A DNA stretch of 64,000 bases from Brevundimonas sp. (GCF_046293315.1 NZ_JBKBPF010000003.1:61252-125251), one strand, 5' to 3'. Positions 18,038 through 26,441 are shown, counted from the stretch's first letter. Notes: generated by a model from the letters alone, not told the origin. A program made the numbers and translations.

Positions 18038-19453
18038 CTAGAACTGGAAATAGATGAAGGGAGCCACGCCCTCGGGACGCACGGCCTCGACCAGCAGGAT
18101 CAGGATCCCCACCAGCACGCCCATGGTGATGGCCGGGGCCTCCTTGACCCGCACGGCCAGCCCCTCCACGGCGCGCGGCGGCAGCCAGTGCATGGCGACC
18201 CCGCCGACGATCAGGGCCAGCAGGAACGGCGTCAGCACCATGACCGGCGCCATGCGGGCGAGGCCATGAAGCATCTGCATGGCCAGGTCGAAGCTCTCGG
18301 CCCGGAACAGGATCCAGCCCAGGCAGACGATATGGAAGGTCACGATGACCCCCAGCCAGTGCGGCAGCCCGGCCCAAGAACGTTTTTGGCCTTCGCGGAA
18401 GTGCCGCCACACCCGCTCCACCGCCTGCACCGCGCCATGCAGGGCGCCCCAGGCGATAAAGGTCCAGGCCGCCCCGTGCCACAGCCCGCCCAGCAGCATG
18501 GTGATCATGATGTTGATGCAGGACGACACCAGCCCCTTACGGCCGCCCCCCAGCGGCACGTACAGATAGTCTCTCAGCCAGCTGGACAGGCTGATGTGCC
18601 AGCGCCGCCAGAACTGTTGCAGGGACCCGGCGCGGTAAGGCTGGTCGAAATTGCGCGGGAAGGAATAGCCCAGCAGCGCCGCCAACCCGATGGCCATGTC
18701 TGAATAGGCAGAGAAATCGCAGTAGATCTGCACTGCATAGCCGTAGGTCGCCGCGGCGATGTCCAGCGCTCCGTAGGCCGACGGATCGAAGAACACCGGG
18801 TCCACCAGCCGCACGGCCAGCTCCGAGGCGATCACGGTCTTCTTGAACAGGCCCCAGGCGATCAGCAGCAGGCCCAGGGCCGCCATTTCGCGGGTCAGGC
18901 GCGGCACCCGGTCGAACTGGGGCAGCAGGTCCGAGGCCCGCACGATGGGTCCTGCCACCAGATGGGGGAAGAAGGACATCAGCAGCATGACGTCCACCAG
19001 CGAGCGCGCCGGCGGCGTCTTGCCCCGGTGCACGTCCACCACATAGCTGATGCCCTGGAAGGTGAAGAACGAGATGCCGATGGGCAAGACGATCTGCAGC
19101 AAGGGCGCGTCCCGCTCCCAGCCGAACTGGTTCAGCAGCTCGATCGCCTGCTCGACGAAGAAGCCGTAGTATTTGAACACGCCCAGAATGATCAGATTGA
19201 GTGTGACGCCCAGCGCCACCAGCCATTTTCGTCGGCCCGGGCTGTCGCTGGCCGCGATCATGGCCGCCACGCCCCAGTTCAGAATGGCCGAGGCGATCAG
19301 CAGGCCGACGAAGCGCCAGTCCCACTGGGCGTAGAAGAACCAGCTGGCCAGCAGCAGGAAGATCTTGCGCCGCCCGTTCTCGCGATCCAGCGACCAGGCG
19401 GTGAAATAGACGAACAGGAAGAAGATCCCGAAGCCCAGGGTAGGGAACAGCAT
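18038..19453 (-). CDS. MBOAT family membrane O-acyltransferase (AlgI/PatA-like), 471 aa
   Basis: Polytopic protein. Motifs FFPHLVAGPI and WRRWHISLSSWLRDYLYVPLGG carry the conserved MBOAT His region. Confidence 0.9.
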   Translation of the reverse strand: MLFPTLGFGIFFLFVYFTAWSLDRENGRRKIFLLLASWFFYAQWDWRFVGLLIASAILNWGVAAMIAASDSPGRRKWLVALGVTLNLIILGVFKYYGFFVEQAIELLNQFGWERDAPLLQIVLPIGISFFTFQGISYVVDVHRGKTPPARSLVDVMLLMSFFPHLVAGPIVRASDLLPQFDRVPRLTREMAALGLLLIAWGLFKKTVIASELAVRLVDPVFFDPSAYGALDIAAATYGYAVQIYCDFSAYSDMAIGLAALLGYSFPRNFDQPYRAGSLQQFWRRWHISLSSWLRDYLYVPLGGGRKGLVSSCINIMITMLLGGLWHGAAWTFIAWGALHGAVQAVERVWRHFREGQKRSWAGLPHWLGVIVTFHIVCLGWILFRAESFDLAMQMLHGLARMAPVMVLTPFLLALIVGGVAMHWLPPRAVEGLAVRVKEAPAITMGVLVGILILLVEAVRPEGVAPFIYFQF

Positions 19454-19456
19454 CGG

Positions 19457-20683
19457 CTATTCCTCCGCGGCGGCCGGGACGGCCCTCGCGCGCCACGCAG
19501 CGGTCAGATCCCCGGACAGCATCTGCCCGATCCAGTCGCCCCCGGCGGAGTTGAAATGCACATGGTCGCCCCGCATCAGGGGCTCCCAGGCCGTGGCCAG
19601 CCGGTGCGCTGAACAGTCCCCGCCCATGCGTGCATGCCAGTCCCAGAACGCCACACCCATGTCGGCGGCGACCCGGCGCTGCACATCCCGGACCAGCGGC
19701 AGTTCGCGCGGGATGCGCCACAGGGTCTCTTCGTCGCCGCAGGTCCCGCCGCCCTCCGGCCGCTGGGCGTCCGGCGCGCCGAGAATCAGGATGTCGGCGT
19801 CTGGCGCCAGCGACCTCAGCCGCGCGATCTGGCCTCGCAGCAGGGGCTCATAAGCGCCGGGGTCCAGGAACGGGTCGAAGCCCTCGTTGGTGCCGAAGGC
19901 CAGCACGATGAGATCGGGCCCCCAGGCTTCGAGCTCGGCGCGCACCACCGCCGGGTCGCGCACGGCCAGATCTCTCAGGGTCGCCCCGATGACGCCCAGC
20001 GCCGACACCGCCACCCCGGGTCCCTCAGCGAACGTCGCCACCGAGTGCAGGTCCACCGCCCCGGTCCCGCCGATGAGGGTCGCTGACCGCGCCGGTTCCC
20101 CCAGCCGCACCTCGCGGCAGGCGGCGCCGGCGGCCGCGTCGGCGAAGCTGACCACCGTCTCGCTGAAACCCGCGCGCACCGTCAGGGTCCCGGCGGCGGG
20201 GCCCGACGCACCGCACAGGACAATGCGGCTGAAGGCGGCGGAACCCTCGGCTTCCATGCGCAGGGACGACCCCTCGCCCCAGATCAGCACCCGCGATCCG
20301 CTCAGCCCCACGCCGGACATGGCGGCTGAACCCGGCCCCGGCGTCACCGCCGTCCAGGCCTGTTCGAACAGTTCCACCTGCCGGGGCTGGTACAGCGCAT
20401 AGGGCTTGCCCGGCGGCAGCGCACCGCGCCCGCCGCGCCCGATGCTGTTCTGCAGCCGCGAGCGCACCGAGGCGGTGATCAGGTCACCCACCGTGTGGCT
20501 GTCGCCCAGTTGCAGGATGTGCACCGGCCGCTCGCCCTCGCCGGCGGCGGCCGCGTCCAGGGCGTCGAAGAAGCGCGTCAGGGTTTCAGGGCGTTCGAGC
20601 GCGCTCATGGGGTCCTGGGCCTGTGCGGGCGTCATGACTGTCGTAAGCGCCGCGACCAGTCCGGCCAGCCGCGTGCGGCTCAC
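19457..20683 (-). CDS. Secreted SGNH-like protein (candidate periplasmic O-acetyltransferase or esterase), 408 aa
   Basis: Signal peptide ...VMTPAQAQD. The SGNH-style blocks are LQLGDSHTVGD, LAFGTNEG and GDHVHF, with a long insertion between blocks. GTG start overlaps the upstream stop (GTGA at 20680..20683). Confidence 0.7.
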   Translation of the reverse strand: MSRTRLAGLVAALTTVMTPAQAQDPMSALERPETLTRFFDALDAAAAGEGERPVHILQLGDSHTVGDLITASVRSRLQNSIGRGGRGALPPGKPYALYQPRQVELFEQAWTAVTPGPGSAAMSGVGLSGSRVLIWGEGSSLRMEAEGSAAFSRIVLCGASGPAAGTLTVRAGFSETVVSFADAAAGAACREVRLGEPARSATLIGGTGAVDLHSVATFAEGPGVAVSALGVIGATLRDLAVRDPAVVRAELEAWGPDLIVLAFGTNEGFDPFLDPGAYEPLLRGQIARLRSLAPDADILILGAPDAQRPEGGGTCGDEETLWRIPRELPLVRDVQRRVAADMGVAFWDWHARMGGDCSAHRLATAWEPLMRGDHVHFNSAGGDWIGQMLSGDLTAAWRARAVPAAAEE

Positions 20684-21573
20684 CCCCCGGCCCCGTCCGC
20701 CGTCACGTTCCCCGGGCGGTTCAGCCCGGCGTCGGCCCGCAGGCGCTCGGTCACCGGCTCGGTCAGGCGCAGGTAGCCGGCCATGGACATGTGGATGCCG
20801 TCATGGGCTCGCATCAGCCGCCGCCGTCCGTCCGTGGCAGTCAGATAGGCGTCATAGGCGCCGCCGTCGCTGGAGGTCAGGGCCACGGTGTCGATATAGG
20901 CCACATCCAGCGCCGCCATGCGCTCGGCCACAAGTCCATTGATGAGGCTCATGCGCGCGTCGCAGGACTCGCGCTTCATGCGCGGCAGGCCGACCCAGTA
21001 GACCGCCACGTCGTTGTCGCGCAGCAGGGCCACCAGATCATCCACCCGCCGGGCGTAGATCTCGCGCCAGCCGGGCGTGCCGAACGCGTGGATGACCCCG
21101 TCGTCCTCGATGGCCTGGGCGTCGTTGGTGCCGAACATGACCACCGCCGCGTCGATAGGTTGTTCGCGCAGCTGTCGGGCGGTCTTGTCGTGGACGTTGA
21201 CATAGTCATAGCGCGAGAGGCCGGTGGAGACCTCTGCCATGCGCACCACACGCACCCCGTCCACGTCGCGGAGATCCCGATAGACGCCGGTCCACAGCCC
21301 GTCGGCCATGGAGTCGCCGATCACCCCGACCACCAGTTCGCCTTCCGCCACACGCCGGCTCAGCGGCGTGACGCGCGGCGCGGTGGGAAGGACAGGCTCG
21401 GGCCGGGCGACCGTCGCCATGACCTGGGGCGGGGGCGGGCTTGCAGAAGCATTGGCCGAACCCAGCATGAGAGTCGGGTTGCGCAGCCAGCCGCGACCGT
21501 CCGGCGTCAGGGCCAGGCCCACGATCACCCCCACGATCAATGCCGCCGTCAGTGCGTTGATGCTGGCGCGCAA
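20680..21573 (-). CDS. Membrane-anchored SGNH/GDSL-type hydrolase (DUF459-like), 297 aa
   Basis: N-terminal anchor INALTAALIVGVIVGLAL. The SGNH blocks are VIGDSMADG, MFGTNDAQ and HDGIHMS. Confidence 0.75.
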   Translation of the reverse strand: MRASINALTAALIVGVIVGLALTPDGRGWLRNPTLMLGSANASASPPPPQVMATVARPEPVLPTAPRVTPLSRRVAEGELVVGVIGDSMADGLWTGVYRDLRDVDGVRVVRMAEVSTGLSRYDYVNVHDKTARQLREQPIDAAVVMFGTNDAQAIEDDGVIHAFGTPGWREIYARRVDDLVALLRDNDVAVYWVGLPRMKRESCDARMSLINGLVAERMAALDVAYIDTVALTSSDGGAYDAYLTATDGRRRLMRAHDGIHMSMAGYLRLTEPVTERLRADAGLNRPGNVTADGAGG

Positions 21574-21698
21574 CCCTCTCGCCCCCCGGAACCTGAGCGG
21601 TTCACCGGAGCCCTGTTAACCCGACAAGGGATTGTCAGACCAGCCCGAACCCGTCTCAGGCGAGGAAAAAGGTTAACGCAGGCTGCGCGGCGCGAGGA

Positions 21699-22112
21699 TC
21701 AGCCCCAGCGTCCCTCGGCCCAGCTGGCGGCGAAATAGCCCGCCGTGGCCGCGCTGGCGGTCAGGACCGTGCCCCAGATGATGTCGATGATCGTCATTTT
21801 CGTGGACCAGAGGCTCAGGGTCGCCTGATTAGTCAGGTCATAGGTGGCGTAGGCCACCAGCCCCAGCACCGCCCCGGTGATCAGGGCACGGGTCCACTGA
21901 CCCTCCTTCAGGGCCGGAGCGATGGCCAGGAAGACGATCCCGAACAGATAGATCAGATAGAAGGCCACCGCCGCGACCATGTTCGGCTTGTCGGCCAGGA
22001 TCGGGCCGATGATCGGACGATACAGCCGGTCGGTCATGGTGGTCAGCCAGACCGCGTCGATGACGGCGAAGGCCACGCCTGCCCCCAGATAGGCGGCCAC
22101 ATATTTGATCAT
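21699..22112 (-). CDS. DUF2177-type small polytopic membrane protein, 137 aa
   Basis: Four predicted helices, beginning MIKYVAAYLGAGVAFAVIDAVWLT... The gene follows the methyltransferase gene after 21 bp. Confidence 0.75.
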   Translation of the reverse strand: MIKYVAAYLGAGVAFAVIDAVWLTTMTDRLYRPIIGPILADKPNMVAAVAFYLIYLFGIVFLAIAPALKEGQWTRALITGAVLGLVAYATYDLTNQATLSLWSTKMTIIDIIWGTVLTASAATAGYFAASWAEGRWG

Positions 22113-22133
22113 CGGTCGTCTCCCATTATTCCA

Positions 22134-23162
22134 TCAAACGAACGGCTTGAGCCGATAGTGGCTGACACCCCAGGTGCGCCCGCCGTCGTCGCCGAACAGT
22201 CCTGCGGTGGCCATGAAGAATCGTCGCCAGCGCCGCGCCCACAATTTGGCGTCCGGGCCATAGGTCTGGCGCATCAGCGCCATGATCTCGGCACTGTTGA
22301 CGTCGAAATTCTCCAGCCAGTGGTCTGCGGTGCGCTGATAGTGCTCGCCGGACCAGCGCCATTCCTCCTCCACCTCGAACAGGTCGGGAAACTGGCGGAT
22401 CAGGCGGTGGCTGGGCATCACCCCGCCGGTGAAGAAATGCTGGGCGATGAAGTCGCTGCTGTCGCCGTGGTCGAAGCGGTAGGGCGCGTCCTTGTGGGTG
22501 AACACATGGACGAACAGCCGCCCCTCGGGCTTCAGCCAACCGCGCGCCCGGGTCAGCAGCTCGCGCCAGTTGGCCATGTGCTCGAACATCTCGACTGAGA
22601 CGATGCGGTCGAAACGTTCGTCGGTCTGGAAGTCGTTCATGTCGCGGGTGATGACGGTCAGGTTCTTCAGCCCCATGGCCGTGGCCGCCGCCTCGATGTG
22701 GCCGCGCTGACCGCTGGAGTTGGACACCACCGTGATCTCAGCATTCGGATAGCGCTCGGCCATCCACAGGCTCAGCGAGCCCCAGCCGCAGCCCAGCTCC
22801 AGGATCGACTGCCCATCCTTCAAATCCGCGTGGTGGCAGGTTTCCGCCAGGGCGAACTCTTCGGCCTCGGCCAAAGTCTCGCCGCTGGTGGGGTACAGGC
22901 AGCTGGAGTATTTCAGCCGCGGCCCCAGGCAAAGACGGAAGAACTGCGGCGGCAGCTCGTAGTGCTGCTCATTGGCCGCATCGGCATGCTCTGCCACGGG
23001 CCGCGCCGCCATCTGGCAGGCGAAATCGAACTCGGTGTGGGGCGGGTCCCTGGCCAGCCGCTTCCTGGCCTCGGCCACCAGACTGGCCACCGCCGGACGC
23101 GCCACGAAGTCGGGAAAGGGGGCGTCCTGCAGACGACGGATGGCGACATTGGCCAGGTTCAT
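22134..23162 (-). CDS. Cyclopropane-fatty-acyl-phospholipid-synthase-like SAM methyltransferase
   Basis: SAM motif ILELGCGWGSLSLWMAE. I prefer ATG 23162, which has the SD GGAGGAG 9 nt upstream, over track start 23216. Track start 23216 lacks an SD and lies upstream of the predicted promoter -10. Confidence 0.8.
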   Translation of the reverse strand: MNLANVAIRRLQDAPFPDFVARPAVASLVAEARKRLARDPPHTEFDFACQMAARPVAEHADAANEQHYELPPQFFRLCLGPRLKYSSCLYPTSGETLAEAEEFALAETCHHADLKDGQSILELGCGWGSLSLWMAERYPNAEITVVSNSSGQRGHIEAAATAMGLKNLTVITRDMNDFQTDERFDRIVSVEMFEHMANWRELLTRARGWLKPEGRLFVHVFTHKDAPYRFDHGDSSDFIAQHFFTGGVMPSHRLIRQFPDLFEVEEEWRWSGEHYQRTADHWLENFDVNSAEIMALMRQTYGPDAKLWARRWRRFFMATAGLFGDDGGRTWGVSHYRLKPFV

Positions 23163-23198
23163 GCGGAACGGCTCCTCCAGCGCGGCATTCAAATCAGA

Positions 23199-23224
23199 TA
23201 CGGCGCAGGTTCGCATCCGGATGT
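23199..23224 (-). promoter_or_regulatory. Candidate ECF-type promoter for the methyltransferase operon (ACATCC-N16-CGTA on the minus strand)
   Basis: The -35-like element at 23219..23224 is one arm of the palindrome CCGGATG-T-CATCCGG. CGTA at 23199..23202 lies exactly 16 nt downstream. Confidence 0.45.
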
Positions 23225-23249
23225 CATCCGGCGGGCGCTACGGGCCGTA
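23224..23249 (+). promoter_or_regulatory. Candidate ECF-type promoter for the FAD-oxidoreductase/DUF1365 operon (TCATCC-N16-CGTA)
   Basis: The -35-like element at 23224..23229 is the other palindrome arm. CGTA at 23246..23249 follows after a 16-nt spacer. It resembles the TGATCC-N16-CGTA motif I recall for RpoE-ChrR type sigma factors. Confidence 0.45.
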
Positions 23250-23286
23250 GTTGTCCGTGAAACCCGTTCGGACCCGGAGGTTCCCC

Positions 23287-24681
23287 TTGCCGCCCCATCT
23301 CGTCGCCTCCACACAGGCCGGTTCCGGCGAACGCAAGCGCATCGCGGTGGTGGGATCGGGCGTGGCGGGCCTGTCCGCCGCCTGGCTGCTGGGCAAGGCG
23401 CACGCGGTGACGCTGTATGAGGCCGAAGACCGCATCGGCGGCCACTCCAACACCGTGGACGCCCCCTCGCCCCACGGGCCGGTGGCGGTGGACACCGGCT
23501 TCATCGTCTACAACGAAGCCAACTATCCCAATCTGACCGCCCTGTTCGCGCACCTGAACGTGCCCCACAAGGCCGCCTACATGTCCTTCGCCGTGTCGCT
23601 GGACGGCGGGGCGCTGGAGTATTCCAGCCACGGGGTCGGCGCCCTGTTCGCCCAGAAGCGCAATTACGCCAGTCCCCGCTTCTGGCGCATGATCGGCGAC
23701 GTGCTGCGTTTCCAGAAGGAGGCGCCCGCTGACCTGGCCGAGCTGGAGGCCAGCGGAGAAACCCTGGACGCCTATCTGGATCGGCGCGGCTACAGCCCCC
23801 TGTTCCGCGACGCCCACCTGCTGCCCCAGGCGGCGGCGATCTGGTCCTCTTCCATGAGCCAGATGAGCGAATACCCGGCCGCGTCCTTTGTGCGGTTCTA
23901 CATGAACCACAACCTGCTGACCTATGACACGCGGCCCACCTGGCGCACTGTGGACGGCGGCAGCCGCGCGTATGTCCAGCGCATCCTGGCCGACTTTTCC
24001 GGCGAGGTCCGCCACGCGCGGGTGACCGGCGTGGCGCGCGGGCGAGACGCGGCGGCGGTGCGGCTGGCGGACGGGTCGCTGGAACGGTTCGACGCCGTGG
24101 TGCTGGCGGTCCACTCGGATCAGGCGCTGGCCCTGCTGGAAGCCCCCACCGCCGAGGAGCGCCGCCTCATCGGCGCCATTCCTTACCAGAAGAACCGCGC
24201 CGTCCTGCACCGGGACGCCTCGCTGATGCCCAGACGCCGCAAGGCCTGGGCCGCGTGGAACCACCTGGGTCACAGCGACCGCTGCGGCGAGGGCGGCGTC
24301 ACCTACTGGATGAACGATCTGCAGTCCCTGCCGGGCCCCAACCTGTTCGTCAGCCTGAACCCGGCGCGCGAGCCGGACCCCGCTACGGTGCTGGGCGAAT
24401 GGGACTATGAGCATCCCGTCTTCAATCGCGCCGCCGTGGCTGCCCAGAGCGAGCTCTGGTCCTTGCAGGGTGCGCGCAATGTCTGGTTCTGCGGGGCGTG
24501 GTTCGGCTCGGGCTTCCACGAGGACGGCCTGCAGTCCGGCCTCGCCGTGGCCGAGCAGCTGGGCGGCGTGCGCCGGCCCTGGACCGTCGACAATGAGAGC
24601 GGCCGCATCCACGTGAGCGCGCCCGCAACCGCTGCGTCCCACGGCCCCTCCATGAGCCGGCCGGTGGAGCAGGTGGCCTGA
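23287..24681 (+). CDS. FAD/NAD-binding amine-oxidase/desaturase-like oxidoreductase
   Basis: Rossmann motif RIAVVGSGVAGLSAAW. I prefer TTG 23287, with the SD GGAGG at 23276..23280. The track ORF begins at TTG 23251, and GTG 23257 is also possible. Confidence 0.8.
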   Translation: MPPHLVASTQAGSGERKRIAVVGSGVAGLSAAWLLGKAHAVTLYEAEDRIGGHSNTVDAPSPHGPVAVDTGFIVYNEANYPNLTALFAHLNVPHKAAYMSFAVSLDGGALEYSSHGVGALFAQKRNYASPRFWRMIGDVLRFQKEAPADLAELEASGETLDAYLDRRGYSPLFRDAHLLPQAAAIWSSSMSQMSEYPAASFVRFYMNHNLLTYDTRPTWRTVDGGSRAYVQRILADFSGEVRHARVTGVARGRDAAAVRLADGSLERFDAVVLAVHSDQALALLEAPTAEERRLIGAIPYQKNRAVLHRDASLMPRRRKAWAAWNHLGHSDRCGEGGVTYWMNDLQSLPGPNLFVSLNPAREPDPATVLGEWDYEHPVFNRAAVAAQSELWSLQGARNVWFCGAWFGSGFHEDGLQSGLAVAEQLGGVRRPWTVDNESGRIHVSAPATAASHGPSMSRPVEQVA

Positions 24682-24685
24682 TCCC

Positions 24686-25474
24686 ATGCTGATGGCCGCC
24701 CCGCCCGACGCCAGCGCGCTCTACGTGGGCCGGGTGACCCATGAACGCATGCACGGCATCCGCCACCGGCTGGCCTACCGGGTCTATATGCTGCTGCTGG
24801 ATCTGGATCACATCGAGGATCGGCGGCCAGGCCTGCTGGGTCGGGGACGGTTCGGCGTGCTGAGCTGGCGCGCGGCCGACCACGGCGACCGGTCGGGCCG
24901 CGCCCTGCGCGAACAGGTGGAGGCCCATCTGGCCGGGGCGGGCATCGACATCGCGGGCGGACCGATCCGCCTGCTGACCATGCCGCGCATCCTCGGCTAT
25001 GGCTTCAATCCGCTCAGCGTCTTCTTCTGCCACCACCCGGACGGGGCGCTGGCGGCGATCCTTTATGAGGTCACCAACACCTTCCACGAGCGTCACAGCT
25101 ATCTGATCGCCACGCCCCGCGTTCAGACCGACGGCCCGGTGCGCCAGAGCGCCGACAAGGTGTTCTTCGTCTCGCCCCTGATGGACATGGACCTGACCTA
25201 TGACTTCACCGTGCGCCCGCCCGGCGAGGCGGTGGGCGTCACCATCGCCGTGCGCCGGGGCCAGACGCCGATCCTGACCGCCAGCTTCTCCGGCGCGCGT
25301 CGGCCCCTGACCAACGGCGCGCTGCTCCGCGCCTTCGTCACCCACCCGCTTCTGACCTGGAAGGTCATGTGGGGCATTCACTGGGAGGCGGCGGTCAGCA
25401 TGATCAAGGGTGCAAGATACCGCTCGCGCGGCGCGCCCCCCGTCCATCCCGTGACCTTGGGTTCTGCGCGCTGA
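24686..25474 (+). CDS. DUF1365 family protein, 262 aa
   Basis: N-terminal LYVGRVTHERMHGIRHRLAYRVYMLLLDLD is the pattern typical of DUF1365. The gene starts 4 nt after the oxidoreductase gene. Confidence 0.75.
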   Translation: MLMAAPPDASALYVGRVTHERMHGIRHRLAYRVYMLLLDLDHIEDRRPGLLGRGRFGVLSWRAADHGDRSGRALREQVEAHLAGAGIDIAGGPIRLLTMPRILGYGFNPLSVFFCHHPDGALAAILYEVTNTFHERHSYLIATPRVQTDGPVRQSADKVFFVSPLMDMDLTYDFTVRPPGEAVGVTIAVRRGQTPILTASFSGARRPLTNGALLRAFVTHPLLTWKVMWGIHWEAAVSMIKGARYRSRGAPPVHPVTLGSAR

Positions 25475-25578
25475 CCGGCTAGAGACGTGGTCTTGCCCGC
25501 GCGGCCGCCTCCGGCTACGAAGCGCGCAGGCCGCGTTATTCATTAGTCGGTGAAAATCAGGAACGCAGGGACGCACTC

Positions 25579-26283
25579 ATGGGGAAAATCTATCCTGACG
25601 CGAAGGCCGCGCTTGAGGGCCTCACCTTCGACGGCATGACCGTCATGGCAGGCGGCTTCGGCCTGTGCGGCATTCCCGAAAATCTGATCGCCGGCCTGAA
25701 GGCTTCGGGCGTGAAGGACCTGACCGTCATCTCCAACAATGCGGGCGTGGACGGCTTCGGCCTGGGTCAGCTGCTGGAGACGCACCAGATCAGGAAGATG
25801 ATCTCGTCCTATGTGGGCGAAAACAAGGAGTTCGAGCGCCAGTACCTGGCCGGCGAGCTGGAGCTGGAATTCAATCCCCAGGGCACCCTGGCCGAGCGCA
25901 TCCGCGCGGGCGGGGCGGGCATCCCCGCCTTCTTCACCGCAACCGGCGTCGGCACCCTGGTGGCCGAAGGCAAGGAAGTCCGAAACTTCGACGGCCGCGA
26001 CTATGTAATGGAGACTGGCCTGGTCGCCGACCTGTCCATCGTCAAGGCTTGGAAGGCCGACGAGCGCGGCAATCTGGTGTTCCGCAAGACCGCCCGCAAT
26101 TTCAACCCGATGATGGCCACCGCCGGCAAGGTCTGTCTGGTGGAAGTGGAGGAGATCGTCCCCACCGGGTCGCTCGACCCCGACCACATCCACACCCCGG
26201 GCATCTATGTGGACCGCCTGATTCAAGGGACCTTCGAAAAGCGCATTGAGCAGCGCACGGTGCGGCAACGGGAGGCGGTCTGA
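25579..26283 (+). CDS. scoA: 3-oxoacid (succinyl-CoA:3-ketoacid) CoA-transferase subunit A
   Basis: 234 aa containing [15 protein letters not shown]...SNNAG...[10 protein letters not shown]... Confidence 0.9.
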   Translation: MGKIYPDAKAALEGLTFDGMTVMAGGFGLCGIPENLIAGLKASGVKDLTVISNNAGVDGFGLGQLLETHQIRKMISSYVGENKEFERQYLAGELELEFNPQGTLAERIRAGGAGIPAFFTATGVGTLVAEGKEVRNFDGRDYVMETGLVADLSIVKAWKADERGNLVFRKTARNFNPMMATAGKVCLVEVEEIVPTGSLDPDHIHTPGIYVDRLIQGTFEKRIEQRTVRQREAV

Positions 26284-26441
26284 TGAGCGAACAGAAAGAC
26301 CCCCTGAAAGAGATCAACCTCAAGCTGAACGTCGTCCTGGCGTTGCTTTCCGCCCTGATCCTTCTCGCCATCGCGTCACTCGCGGGCTTTGGTGTCCGCG
26401 TCGAATTTCCACCCGCCCAGACCGTTGAGGAGACCGCGTAA
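26283..26441 (+). CDS. Unannotated 52-codon single-pass membrane microprotein ORF between scoA and scoB
   Basis: Translation: [52 protein letters not shown]. The SD GGGAGG lies 7 nt upstream. The ATG overlaps the scoA stop (TGATG) and the stop overlaps the scoB ATG (TAATG). Third codon positions are mostly G/C. It falls below the 60-aa track cutoff. Confidence 0.55.
   Translation: MSEQKDPLKEINLKLNVVLALLSALILLAIASLAGFGVRVEFPPAQTVEETA

Noticed and set aside
21615-21677. Two GTTAAC hexamers (21615..21620 and 21672..21677) upstream of the SGNH/MBOAT operon as CtrA sites
   Set aside because: Neither has a second TTAA at the N7 spacing. An isolated TTAAC half-site is too short to be meaningful without binding data.
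23163-23216. Longer start of the methyltransferase gene (track ATG 23216) and longer start of the oxidoreductase gene (TTG 23251)
   Set aside because: Neither has an SD. Both lie at or upstream of the transcription starts implied by the palindrome-based promoters, and good SD sequences precede ATG 23162 and TTG 23287. I retain them as alternatives only.
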